Shown here in pieces: positions 8,871-18,408 of a DNA stretch of 64,000 bases; the first letter of the stretch is position 1, and every line of letters begins with the position of its first letter. Position numbers and translations under genes: made by a program. The notes under the pieces are model-generated. The model saw nothing but the letters and a program-made list of their open reading frames with translations. It was not told where the DNA came from and did not search any database. The stretch lies in contig CAWEMM010000006.1 of NCBI GenBank assembly GCA_963810095.1, positions 448,001 through 512,000 of the forward strand, in the 5' to 3' direction. Origin of the DNA: an uncultured Chloroflexia bacterium (GTDB lineage: Bacteria; Chloroflexota; Anaerolineae; CG2-30-64-16).

Positions 8871-9221
8871 CTACTCTGCTTTATCCGCGGCTCTTATTAT
8901 GGTCTTGGCAGCTTCTCGGTCAACCGATTCCTGATAGATGTCGGCGTAAGTTTTCAAATCTTTGATCAGATCGTCACAGAAAGCCGCCACGTCTCTGCCC
9001 GTCACTTCGAGCACGCCTTTCCCCGCGGCCGCGCCCGCTTCAAAGAGATCAATGATCCCCGAGAGCAAACCCGTCCCCTCGCTTAGCTCTACCGGGCCGA
9101 CCTTGAAGAGATACTGCTGAATCTCCTTGTAGACAATCTGGTAGTCCCGCGGGAGCGCATTGACACGCGCCATGTGCGCTCGCCACTCTTTTTTGCCTTC
9201 GATCATATCTCGTATGCTCAT
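8871..9221 (-). CDS. DUF1048 family protein
   Basis: KKEWRAHMARVNALPRDYQIVYKEIQQYLF, GKGVLEVTGRDVAAFCDDL. Confidence 0.85.
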   Translation of the reverse strand: MSIRDMIEGKKEWRAHMARVNALPRDYQIVYKEIQQYLFKVGPVELSEGTGLLSGIIDLFEAGAAAGKGVLEVTGRDVAAFCDDLIKDLKTYADIYQESVDREAAKTIIRAADKAE

Positions 9222-9230
9222 GCTGTCCTC

Positions 9231-9578
9231 CTACTTGCCCAATTTCCTGGCGACATTGTTGTTCAGCTGCTCGCGCCACTTATCGCGATAGGACTGTGCC
9301 CCTGCTTCGCCAGCGAGCGCAGCACAGAAGCCGCTGATGTCGTCACCCAAGACCTCCTTAACGCTCTGACCCTCCGCCGCCGTTTCTTCGAGCAGGCCAA
9401 GCACACCGTCAAGAATGGGCATGAGGTTGCGACCGGCAAAGTCTGTGTACGGCCAAAGATTGGCGTTGACCTGCACCCATGCCGTTTGATAATCAGGCGG
9501 CAGCTTTTTGGCTCGCGACTCGAAGGTCTTCCATTCCTTCTTCATGTCACTGCCAGTAATCTTGTCCCAGAAGCTCAT
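9231..9578 (-). CDS. DUF1048 family protein
   Basis: MSFWDKITGSDM, RAKKLPPDYQ, EVLGDDISGFC, YRDKWREQLN. Confidence 0.85.
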   Translation of the reverse strand: MSFWDKITGSDMKKEWKTFESRAKKLPPDYQTAWVQVNANLWPYTDFAGRNLMPILDGVLGLLEETAAEGQSVKEVLGDDISGFCAALAGEAGAQSYRDKWREQLNNNVARKLGK

Positions 9579-9904
9579 TGTTTCTTCTCCTTCAACTCCC
9601 TGATTTTTGATGATACAAACCCCCATTTCGTCCAGAACGCGGCGAGTTCCTGCCGCCCCGCCTCGTTAAGCCTGTAGAACTTGCGCGGCGGCCCCATGTC
9701 GGACGGCCGTTTTTCGATATCCACGAGGTTGTTCTTCTCGAGCCGGACCAGGATGGTATAGACCGTCCCATCTACAACGTCCGAGAATCCAAGCGCGTTC
9801 AGCCGCCGGGTGATCTCGTAGCCGTAGATTTCCTCGTGGCTGATGATTTCAAGAACACAGCCCTCCAGCACGCCTTTGAGCATTTCAGTTAGGTTTTCTG
9901 CCAT
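9575..9904 (-). CDS. PadR family transcriptional regulator
   Basis: EMLKGVLEGCVL, YGYEI, GTVYTILVRLE, GPPRKFY; TTGACA-17-TACTTT promoter at ~9965-9993. Confidence 0.92.
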   Translation of the reverse strand: MAENLTEMLKGVLEGCVLEIISHEEIYGYEITRRLNALGFSDVVDGTVYTILVRLEKNNLVDIEKRPSDMGPPRKFYRLNEAGRQELAAFWTKWGFVSSKIRELKEKKQ

Positions 9905-10455
9905 GCAGCTTCACTCCCATGCTATCCTGTATGACCTGTATTGAGTGTGACTTAGTACTGGTATAAAGTAACACAGAATAGCGTGGCTGTCAATGGTTTG
10001 ATCGCCAACATCCGTCATGATAAAGGTTCTCCCACGCGTGCTGGTCAAGCTCCCCCTGGGGGCATTGACTAATACAGGCCATTGCGTGCAATCCCCCCAC
10101 CCTAGTGTCGAGCGCCGCGGGGAGTAGGATCGCTACCTGCCACAGGCCGTGTCCGCAGGCGCTAACTTAGCAGAAGCAGCGCGCCAACCCCTCTCACGTC
10201 ATCCCTTCCCGCACGCCAAGAAGAAGCAGAATAATAAGAACAATCAGAATCCACAGGTTAGGGGGTGTAAGGTTCTGATCACTCTTCTTCTTCTGATCGT
10301 TTTCCACCCGCGGCTGTGGACACCTAGCCGATGTGGCGGGCATGCACGCACAACCGCCGCCCCTCGACAGTGCGCACGAAACGCGGCTGGCTCTCGCTGT
10401 GCAGGTCGTGGCCCAGGGGATCAATCCCATGCCACAGCCGCGGTGGACCTGCGAA

Positions 10456-10612
10456 TCGCCATCATGCTGCGCAGTAAGCTTCACCGCCTGCCTACACATC
10501 GGTGGTACAATCGAGCCTGCACAGCAGATGGCAACCACGGATCGCCGCGCACGACCCGGCTGTATGACCGGACCAATTGCGCGAGCAGCCTGGCTGGATC
10601 GACAAGCTAATT
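10456..10612 (+). pseudogene. Decayed integrase 3'-end remnant, copy 2
   Basis: FTACLHIGGTIEPAQQMA then, after a frameshift, NHGSPRTTRLYDRTN. Confidence 0.8.
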
Positions 10613-10690
10613 ACACTCCGACCGTGAGGGTGAGCGGCTTCAAGGGTGCCAGGTGTATGTCTACCAGCCCATTAAGGGGAAGGTGCGAAC

Positions 10691-11074
10691 ATGGAGACGA
10701 CAACACTGCCCGACCAGCCCGATGGGAAATCACCCGCAGGGGCTGACATCCGCTTCCTGGTGGCTGGCGCAACCGGCAACATGATCCACAGCACCGTCCC
10801 GCCGCGCCAGGTAAACCGGGCGACGGTCCACGCGACGGTAAGCGAGTTCTGGTATGTCTTGGAGGGACGCGGCGAAATCTGGCGCGACAACGGTGTGGCG
10901 AGTTGCGTCACGGCGCTTGTTCCGGGCACCGCCATCGATATTCCTGTCGGGACCGCGTTTCAGTACCGCAACCTCGCGGACACCGAGCTTAAGTTCATTT
11001 GTGTCGCCATGCCGCCGTGGCCCGGCGCTGCCGAAGCGAGCTGTGTGGAAGGTATCTGGCGACCAACCGTATGA
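10691..11074 (+). CDS. Cupin domain protein (mannose-6-phosphate isomerase-like)
   Basis: HATVSEFWYVLEGRGEIW, IPVGTAFQYRN, AMPPWPG. Confidence 0.85.
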   Translation: METTTLPDQPDGKSPAGADIRFLVAGATGNMIHSTVPPRQVNRATVHATVSEFWYVLEGRGEIWRDNGVASCVTALVPGTAIDIPVGTAFQYRNLADTELKFICVAMPPWPGAAEASCVEGIWRPTV

Positions 11075-11189
11075 CCTTCGCGCGCCTACACCGGCGGCTG
11101 AACTTACCAGTGCCTCCGGGTCAACACATGCCCAGTCAATTCAAGAGTCAGTAGTTACGTCGCCTCCACACCCGGTCAACGAGGTGCTT

Positions 11190-11578
11190 ATGCAGATCAA
11201 GTTTGTCAGCATCACTGTAGAAGATCAAGAGCACGCTCTTGACTTCTACACCTCCGTCCTCGCTTCCAGAAGATGGCGGACATACCCACGGGCCAGTTCC
11301 GCTGGCTGACCGTGACCTCGGCCGATGGTATCGCGGGCACGGAACTCGTGCTGGAGCCAGCCGCCTTTCCGCCTGCCCAGGTATACCAGAAGGCTTTGTT
11401 TGAAGCGGGCATCCCAGCGACTGCCTTCATCACGCAAGACATTGCCGCCGAGGTCCAGCGCCTCCAAGCGCGGGGGGTCAAGTTCCGCGGCGAGGCGACA
11501 CATAGGGGACCGATCACGGCGGCGCTATTTGAAGACACTTGCGGAAATCTCATCAATCTCGTTCAGCCGGACGCCTGA
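11190..11578 (+). CDS. VOC/glyoxalase family protein (1-bp frameshift near 11262)
   Basis: MQIKFVSITVEDQEHALDFYTSVL joined to MADIPTGQFRWLTV...FEDTCGNLINL; GAGG RBS. Confidence 0.85.
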
Positions 11579-11621
11579 CCCGCTGTTGGGGGCGGCGTGC
11601 CCCGAAGCTGCACATTAGGGC
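11573..11621 (+). repeat. Degenerate attC-like site
   Basis: GCCTGAC (cf. RYYYAAC, contains the gene stop)...AAGCTGCAC-ATTAGGGC (cf. GTTRRRY), ATG follows at 11628; shorter than canonical attC. Confidence 0.4.
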
Positions 11622-12122
11622 GACCAAATGCTACGCGCCGGTGCGCTTGCCGCAGTGTTGCCCAACCCCCGGCCATCCCTGCGCCTGGCGCTTGCTCTAA
11701 AGGCCCACTTGCGCAAGGCTCCCACCGTAGTAGTACCCAAGGCGCGTCCGGTGCAACCTATGGCAAAAGGCGGGTGGACGACCAGGAAACCCAGCGACGG
11801 CCGCCGCCGGGCAAAGACGGTGATTTCCCGGCATGATCGCGGCTGCCGCCGAGCCAGGGACATGGCAGGCCAGAGACGGCGCGGGGTGGACGGTCCCGGC
11901 GAGGATCGACCGTACGGTCGGGCCGGGCAACATGGATGCGGGCAGGGTTCCCCACGGCCCGACGCTGCCATGACGCCAACCTGCCGACCATAGGCCAACC
12001 TCAGCTACAGTTATCGTGTCTTATATGCAGGAGACATGCCGCGTGCCGGGCGTGTAAATGACACTGGACTCTATGGAAGAGGTCGGCTGGGTCAGCGAAG
12101 CTGGAGTAGGTTAGCACAAACG

Positions 12123-12149
12123 AAAAGGCCGACGTAGCTGAACGTCGGC
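12123..12149 (-). terminator. Intrinsic terminator
   Basis: Minus strand GCCGACGT-TCAGCT-ACGTCGGC followed by CTTTTCGTTT. Confidence 0.65.
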
Positions 12150-12318
12150 AATCAGGTTGGCCCGCGCAGTTGGGCGTGCGGCCGGACGTGTCACGCGCCG
12201 CGGCCCCGCAGGCTCAACTTCGGTACTTCGCTCTGTGGGGGTCAAGCGGTGCAGCACATGCTCACCCATCCAGTCGGACGGGGTCGTCAAGGCAAACGGG
12301 CAACCGTGCTGCCGCGCG

Positions 12319-12600
12319 TCAGACGGCAACCTGATCCGGGGCATAGATGACGACGAACGTGTCCCGTCGGTCAGCAAACCGCACCTCGACAGCCCACGAG
12401 CCGGGTTGCTGATCGGGATGCACGCTGGCAAGTGTCGACTCGGGGAAGGCGGCCAGCAGCCGGGTTAGGCGCGGGTAGAATTCCTGTGGCAACTCCCCCA
12501 GGTTGCTGCCGACCGGTACGTCGTCAGCTGGTCGTGGTGAGGGCAATTCGGCGTGGGGTTGTGCTTCATAATCCGGCGTTATCATCTCGTGTAACCTCAT
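12319..12600 (-). CDS. Hypothetical protein
   Basis: ORF with protein-like composition; no recognised motif; start uncertain. Confidence 0.45.
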   Translation of the reverse strand: MRLHEMITPDYEAQPHAELPSPRPADDVPVGSNLGELPQEFYPRLTRLLAAFPESTLASVHPDQQPGSWAVEVRFADRRDTFVVIYAPDQVAV

Positions 12601-12644
12601 TCTATCCGTCGCAAGCCAAGGCTTGCGCGAGTGGCTCCAGGCTG

Positions 12645-12971
12645 TCAAATAGCCCCTACCGGCCAAGGTTCGCACGCGGCGAACATGACCAGTGCGCGCC
12701 GCCTTGCCTCAGTCTGGAGGATATCGCGCGCAAGGTGGTAGTTGAAACATGCCGACCCAGGGTGCTCCCCCGCCCGCGCCGCAATCGGGCAATCGGCCGG
12801 GCAACTGGGCAAAGCCTCACGCAGCGTCTGGTAGTTTGTGTACTCATCCAAGACCCGCGCCATGACGTGCCGGTATTCGCCCGCCCGGTGAAAATCCTCC
12901 GGTATCCGTTCCACTTGTAGAAGCAAACACAGCCGGATCGCCGTTTCCGTCACTTCGCACACGGTCATCAT
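12645..12971 (-). CDS. Hypothetical Cys-rich protein
   Basis: GGGAG RBS before MMTVCEV; CPADCP...HPGSAC motif. Confidence 0.5.
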   Translation of the reverse strand: MMTVCEVTETAIRLCLLLQVERIPEDFHRAGEYRHVMARVLDEYTNYQTLREALPSCPADCPIAARAGEHPGSACFNYHLARDILQTEARRRALVMFAACEPWPVGAI

Positions 12972-13110
12972 AGCGTCGCTCCCGAGAGGGGGAACATCTA
13001 CCCCCACCATCCAATCGTACGCCCGGCTGTCAAGCGACATTGCGTGAGGCATTGCCCGCAGAACGGTCGACGGCCCGCACCGCGTGGTGCACCCCCCCGA
13101 CAGCAGGTGA

Positions 13111-13296
13111 GCCGGAACACCGCACACGACCTGCTGCCAAACATTCCGCGCAACTTGCAGCACCCCCGGCCTCAAAATAGTCGTACAATTGGAGCGTGCA
13201 GCAGAGCACGGACAACGGTCGCCGGGCACGACCACGCTGTATGACCGCATCAGCAACGCCATGAGCCTGGATGAGATCGAGCGCATGCTTATTCAG
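13111..13296 (+). pseudogene. Decayed integrase 3'-end remnant, copy 3
   Basis: One frame reads AGTPHTTCCQTFRAT...SPGTTTLYDRISNAMSLDEIERMLI, matching the box II-to-C-terminus pattern CCHTFRATG...SPRTTKLYDR...SLDEIERI. Confidence 0.85.
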
Positions 13297-13341
13297 GCAG
13301 CAGAATCGCGATGCCAAAGAACCGCCGGTGGGAGGTCAAGT

Positions 13342-13666
13342 ATGACTGAATCGATGCCACGCATTAGCAACGCTTTCCAAACCTTAATGAGCGATGCGCC
13401 GCACCACGCCCGGGCGTGTTGCGGCATGGTACAAGGGCCTCGCCCAAGCCAGCGCCCTGGATGGGAAAACCGCCGCTTTATGCTACCTGGCGGTGTTGGC
13501 GGCCCTGCGGCTGGAGAGCGGCATCCCCTTTCACGTTCAGGCCGCCAAGCGGGCAGGCGCAACCCGCGCGGAAGTCATTAGCGCCGTTCTGATCGGCTTG
13601 CCTGCGGCCGGACATGGCGTGACGCAGGTCCTGCCGACGGCGCTCGCCGCTTTCGATACGGATTGA
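13342..13666 (+). CDS. Carboxymuconolactone decarboxylase/AhpD family protein (frameshift near 13437)
   Basis: ISNAFQTLMSDAP joined to ASALDGKTAALCYLAVLAALRLESGIPFHVQAAKRAGATRAEV; GGGAGG RBS. Confidence 0.8.
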
Positions 13667-14231
13667 GCGCGGCAGTGCCGTGCCCAGGGCTGGGCGGGAC
13701 TCTGAACGGGCATGGGTCAACCCCGCTCAATTCGGCGCTGGAGTGGGCAGCCGAGGCCGGGACGGGGCAATGACCCGGGCAGCGCAAGACCCGGCCAAGA
13801 CGCGGGCTGACACAAGCAGCGTCAGCGTCGAGGCCGCATTATGGCGTTCAAGCCTCAGGACGCCCCAGGTCCGGTCTTGTCATCTTTCGGCTGCCGCTCA
13901 TGCTCTGCTCGCCGTCGGGCAGCTTCGGCAACGCGCCGCAGGTTCGCGATGGCCGCGGCGATCTCTTGGGCCACCGGACCTTGGCCTTTCTTTCGGTTGG
14001 GGCGCGAAGCATCCTCGGGTCGTTTGTCTTGCGTCATATGGGCAAAACGAAGCGCAAGTAGTCGGAGTTCCTTGGGCGTGGTCCCGCCCAGGCATGATTG
14101 TCGGATGAGGTCGGACGGTGTATCATCCCGTCCGACCTGTGGGGTTCACCATCTGCCACGGTCTGGCTGTCGGTGTCGGCGCGAAGCGGGCTGTCTTGCC
14201 GGGCCGACACTCCATCATTCCGGAGGGCATT

Positions 14232-14699
14232 ATGAGCATGGCACAGTCGCGACGGCCATTTTGGGTCTATCTGCTGGTATTCTTTTGCGTGGTTCTCGGG
14301 TTGGGCGGCCTGTACGGGGGTGTGTCGTTCATCACCGATCCGACGGGCGCAGCGATGGGCATGGACGTCAGCATGTTGCGCGGCTTCATGAACACCTACC
14401 TGCCGTTTGGCGTCTTCCTGCTGATCGCGTTCGGGATCGCGCCGCTGGTGCTGGCGTGGGCGCTGATCGCGCGGCCGCGCTGGTTCCCAGCCATCACGCG
14501 GGCGACGGACCGGGATTGGGCCTGGGTCGTGACGCTGGCAATGGGCGCGGGGCTGCTCGTGTGGATGGCGGGCCAGTTCATCATCATGGGCTACCAAGCG
14601 CCGATCCAGGCCTTCACGACCTCTCTGGGCGCGGTCATCACTCTGTTGAGCCTGGTTCCTTCGGTACGGCAATACTACCGCGTCAGCGCGCGAGCTTGA
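14232..14699 (+). CDS. Hypothetical 4-TM membrane protein
   Basis: Four hydrophobic segments, GGLYGG...DPTG motif; GGAGG RBS. Confidence 0.75.
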   Translation: MSMAQSRRPFWVYLLVFFCVVLGLGGLYGGVSFITDPTGAAMGMDVSMLRGFMNTYLPFGVFLLIAFGIAPLVLAWALIARPRWFPAITRATDRDWAWVVTLAMGAGLLVWMAGQFIIMGYQAPIQAFTTSLGAVITLLSLVPSVRQYYRVSARA

Positions 14700-14869
14700 C
14701 GCGCCACGGTGTCCATCGTGGCCCAACGTGTAGGGCCACCTAAGCCATGGAGTCTCACACGCGTGGCCGCTGCCGAGGGTGTGCGTGCATCACCATGGCG
14801 TGCACTGTGCGATAATGAGTAGTTAGCTGGACTCACACTCACCATGACTACCAGGAAAGGAGAAGTCGC

Positions 14870-15502
14870 ATGACCTTGATCGCAATCAACGTACTGCTTG
14901 ATCCAGATGCCGCCACGGTCGAGCGGGCACAGGCGACGAACGCCCGGCTACGCGAGGACTATCCCGATGGTTTCGCCCTCGACGCCAACCACGCGCCGCA
15001 CATCACCCTGCTCCAGCGGTTTGTGCGGACGGCGGACCTTGACTGGGTCGCGCATGCTGTGGCCGAAGTGCTGCGCACAGAGCAGTCGATGAACTGGGAG
15101 AGCCATGCGACCGGCTACTATGACCTGGCCTACAAGAATCTCGGATTGGTGGGCATCGTCATCGAACCGACCGAGGATTTGCGGCGACTTCAGCAGAGGA
15201 TCATCGACGCCGTCGCCCCGTTCGCCGTGGAGAAGGGGACAGCCGAGGCCTTTGCCCCCCGCCCCGACGGCGCAGCGATCAGTCAGCCGACAGTGGACTA
15301 CGTGAACAACTTCGTCGGCACCCGCACCGGCGTGAACTACCACCCGCATTTGACCGTCGGCATAGGAACCCGCGGCTTCGTGGACGCTCTGAAAGCGGAG
15401 CCATTCCAGGCCTTTACCGTCCGGGCAGTATCCGTGAGCCTCTACCAGGTAGGGGATTACGGTGTGGCACAAAGGAAGCTCTATGACCTCCACCGTTGCT
15501 GA
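14870..15502 (+). CDS. 2H phosphoesterase (2'-5' RNA ligase-like) protein
   Basis: Two HxT motifs: PHITL and PHLTV; AAGGAG RBS. Confidence 0.8.
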   Translation: MTLIAINVLLDPDAATVERAQATNARLREDYPDGFALDANHAPHITLLQRFVRTADLDWVAHAVAEVLRTEQSMNWESHATGYYDLAYKNLGLVGIVIEPTEDLRRLQQRIIDAVAPFAVEKGTAEAFAPRPDGAAISQPTVDYVNNFVGTRTGVNYHPHLTVGIGTRGFVDALKAEPFQAFTVRAVSVSLYQVGDYGVAQRKLYDLHRC

Positions 15503-16424
15503 TCCACTACCCTCCTGGAATGATAGCCCCTCAAAGCAGGGCATCCTTGCGTTTGTCGCCAGGGTGACACAGGAAGGTTCACCCGACTTCGTGCCACTGG
15601 CAGAACGCATCGCCGTGCACGACAACGACGGCACGCTCTGGCCGGAAAATCCGCTGCCGTTTCAGGCGGCCTTTGCCATCGATGAACTTAACCGGCGCGT
15701 CCTCGCTGAGCCTGGACTCGCGGCCGATCCGATGGTGCAGGCCGCCCTGTCCGGCGACTTTGCCAAGCTCCTGGCAGGCCAACACCTGGATGGCCTCATG
15801 CAGGTCGCGGCGCTCACCCATGCTGGGATGACGACCGACGCGTTTCGTAACGCTGTGGAGACATGGCTGGCGACGGCCAAACATCCGCGGTTTGGCAGAC
15901 CCTATGACGAACTCACCTACCAACCCATGCAGGAACTCCTGCGCTATCTACGCGCCAATGGCTTCAAGAACTTCATCGTTTCCGGCGGCGGCGCGGACTT
16001 CATGCGCGTGTGGGTCGAGCGCGTGTACGGCATACCACCGGAGCAGGTTGTCGGCTCGACAACGCGGCCGACATTCGAGCTACGCAACAGCGGACCAGTG
16101 CTGACCAAGACGCTCGACTATTTATTCGTCAACGACAAGGAGGGCAAGCCGGTCGCCATTCATCAGTTTATCGGCCGACGACCGGTGATCTGTTGCGGGA
16201 ACAGCGACGGCGACCACGCCATGCTCCAGTACACGACGATCAACAACCCGCGCCCGAGTTTCGGCCTCATCGTCCACCATACGGACAACGAACGCGAGTA
16301 TGCCTATGACGCCGAGACGAAGAGCACCGGCAAGCTTGTCGAAGCCCTTAAGGAGGCCCCCAAGCGCGGCTGGGTCGTCGTGGACATGCAGCAGGACTGG
16401 AAGACCGTCTTTCAGTCCGATTAG
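15483..16424 (+). CDS. HAD-family hydrolase / acid phosphatase
   Basis: PLPSWND, DNDGTLW, IVSGGG, GNSDGD. Confidence 0.9.
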   Translation: MTSTVADPLPSWNDSPSKQGILAFVARVTQEGSPDFVPLAERIAVHDNDGTLWPENPLPFQAAFAIDELNRRVLAEPGLAADPMVQAALSGDFAKLLAGQHLDGLMQVAALTHAGMTTDAFRNAVETWLATAKHPRFGRPYDELTYQPMQELLRYLRANGFKNFIVSGGGADFMRVWVERVYGIPPEQVVGSTTRPTFELRNSGPVLTKTLDYLFVNDKEGKPVAIHQFIGRRPVICCGNSDGDHAMLQYTTINNPRPSFGLIVHHTDNEREYAYDAETKSTGKLVEALKEAPKRGWVVVDMQQDWKTVFQSD

Positions 16425-16689
16425 AGGTAACTCGTGGCAGGTCGACTTCGGTTCTGCCAGCCTACAACGGCCATAGACATCGACCGCCGAAGTGTTGCGC
16501 TGGTCGCCTGATGAAGCCTGCGCCGCAGCGCGCGGTTCAATACGCACTTAGGGACGTCGAGCGTTTGTCGCCCGCGAAGGATCGGCGCGCGCTTCTTGGC
16601 TGAAGCTGAGCGACGGACACGGTCGGAAGGGGCCGCGAGTGAATGTATCCGTCTGTAGAACAACTCGGCCCCTTGCGCAGGAGTCGGCC

Positions 16690-17220
16690 ATGCCCGCACC
16701 CGTTCTTGTCCTGCCCGGCCTCGGCAACTCGGGGCCGCTGCACTGGCAATCCATCTGGGAACAGGCACATCCCGAATTTGTACGCGTCCAACAGCGCGAT
16801 TGGGATAACCCGGTTTGCCCAGAGTGGGTTGCCGCCATCGAGGCAGCCGTGCAGCGTGCCGGGCCGGATGTTGTGCTGGTCGCACACAGCCTCGCCTGTT
16901 TGGCCGTCGCCCATTGGTCGGCCAGCCCGCATTCACCCATTAAGGCCGCGCTGCTGGTTGCAGTACCCGACCCCGACTGCCCCGAGTATCCCGGGCACCT
17001 GCTTGGTTTCTCCAAGCCCCCCACCGAGCAGTTCACCTTTCCCGCCGTCGCCGTCGTCAGCGCCGATGATCCATATAGCACACCGGAACACGCCGAGCAG
17101 CTTGCGGCCGCTTGGGGCTGTCGTGTCGTTCGTGTCGGTGCTTACGGCCACATCAACGCCAGCAGCGGCCTTGGCGCTTGGGCCGAGGGTTATGCGTTGC
17201 TGGACCATTTGCGGAGCTAA
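16690..17220 (+). CDS. RBBP9/YdeN family alpha/beta hydrolase
   Basis: PGLGNSGPLHWQ, VAHSLAC nucleophile elbow, SADDPY, GHINASSG. Confidence 0.9.
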   Translation: MPAPVLVLPGLGNSGPLHWQSIWEQAHPEFVRVQQRDWDNPVCPEWVAAIEAAVQRAGPDVVLVAHSLACLAVAHWSASPHSPIKAALLVAVPDPDCPEYPGHLLGFSKPPTEQFTFPAVAVVSADDPYSTPEHAEQLAAAWGCRVVRVGAYGHINASSGLGAWAEGYALLDHLRS

Positions 17221-17311
17221 CCCTTCGTTCGGGGCGGAGGTGCCCGCGGTTGCGGTTCTCGGTTGGGAGAGGGCATCGCCGCCGAGCAGTCCCCTGACTC
17301 CAACGTGAGAC
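17215..17311 (+). repeat. Degenerate attC-like site (97 bp)
   Basis: AGCTAAC (contains the TAA stop) CCTTCGTTCGGGG...GTGCCC/GGGCAT...CCCCTGACTCCAAC-GTGAGAC (one change from GTTAGAC). Confidence 0.55.
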
Positions 17312-17465
17312 AGTCAAGTCGCCCGGACCTGCGCGCTCCCAGAAGCTTGTGGCACCTGAGGTTGATTCCCAAGTCTGCCCGCCGCTATCGCCTGCCTGCC
17401 GGGCTAGGTTAGTGGTAGCCCCAACTGATCGAGCGGCGCGGTTTTCGACACTGCGGGCTGTGGGG

Positions 17466-18267
17466 TCACGCCGCGCCGCGTTTTAGTGTCGTGGTGCTGT
17501 CAGGGTGGCTCGACAGGCCCGCTCTGACATACGCCAGGCCCTCCAACCAATCCGCCGTCTCGTACACGCACTCACCGTCGGGCCGAAAAAGGTAGCCGCC
17601 GCCCGGGAAATCTTCATCTACGGTGCGCCCGGCCTGCGTCGCCACCGCAATCCACAGCCGGTAGTCGCGCGCGTAGGCTGCCAGGTACTGGTGGCACTCG
17701 CCGCGCCACCACGCGTAACCTGACCGCCAGTCGCGGGTGGCTTGCTCCCCATACAGACCCGGCGCAGCCACCTCAAACACCACCTGGGCACCCTGGCGGG
17801 CGCAGGCGGCGAAAACATCGGGGTTGTGGATGTCGGCGCAGATGGCGATGCCGTAGGTGAGATCGTCGTGGCGAAAAACAGGCACTGCGTTGCCCGGCGC
17901 AAACCAGGCCGCTTCCTCATCCACAATGGACACTTTGCGGTAGTAGCCGACCAAGCGGCCACCACGCGCCGCTACATGGGTGATAAATGGTTTGCCGGAT
18001 GGGTTCGCCTCTACCAATCCGGCGAGCAGGGTCGCCCGACCGTTGGCCGTCAGGGCGACAAGCGCCGCGACTTCGGGGCCATCAAGCCGCAGGATGGCCC
18101 CTGGCTGGCGCGTGGGGTCGATGTAGCCGGTCAGGCTCATTTCGGGGCACGCCACGATGCATGCGCCCTCCTGGTCGGACTGCTGGTACACGCGCTCGAT
18201 GGCGGCCAGGTTCTCGGCCACGGCCGCCTTCTCAGCAGCGCAGTTGGGCCAACGCCAGTGTTACCAT
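17466..18267 (-). CDS. Carbon-nitrogen hydrolase (nitrilase) family (frameshift near 18234)
   Basis: CPEMSLTGY, YRKV, AICAD (E-K-C triad); N-terminus MVTLALAQLRC in the adjacent frame. Confidence 0.85.
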
Positions 18268-18408
18268 GCAGGGCAGTATAGCTAGCGGTGAGAAGAGGGT
18301 CAACCAGAGCGCGTCCGGGCAGAAATCGTAATGTTGCTCACGCGGATTTCACAAATGCAGCACTAAAGTAGTGAAATCGCCGTACTACCCATGACTAAGG
18401 AGAGCCAT

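Noticed and set aside
11084-11160. Additional attC-like candidates after the cupin gene and at ~21486-21580
   Set aside because: Only vague resemblance to R boxes and no convincing paired L boxes.
18230-18240. In-frame TGA after Cys in the C-N hydrolase N-terminus as selenocysteine or readthrough
   Set aside because: The downstream sequence continues in a different frame, so a 1-bp insertion explains it.
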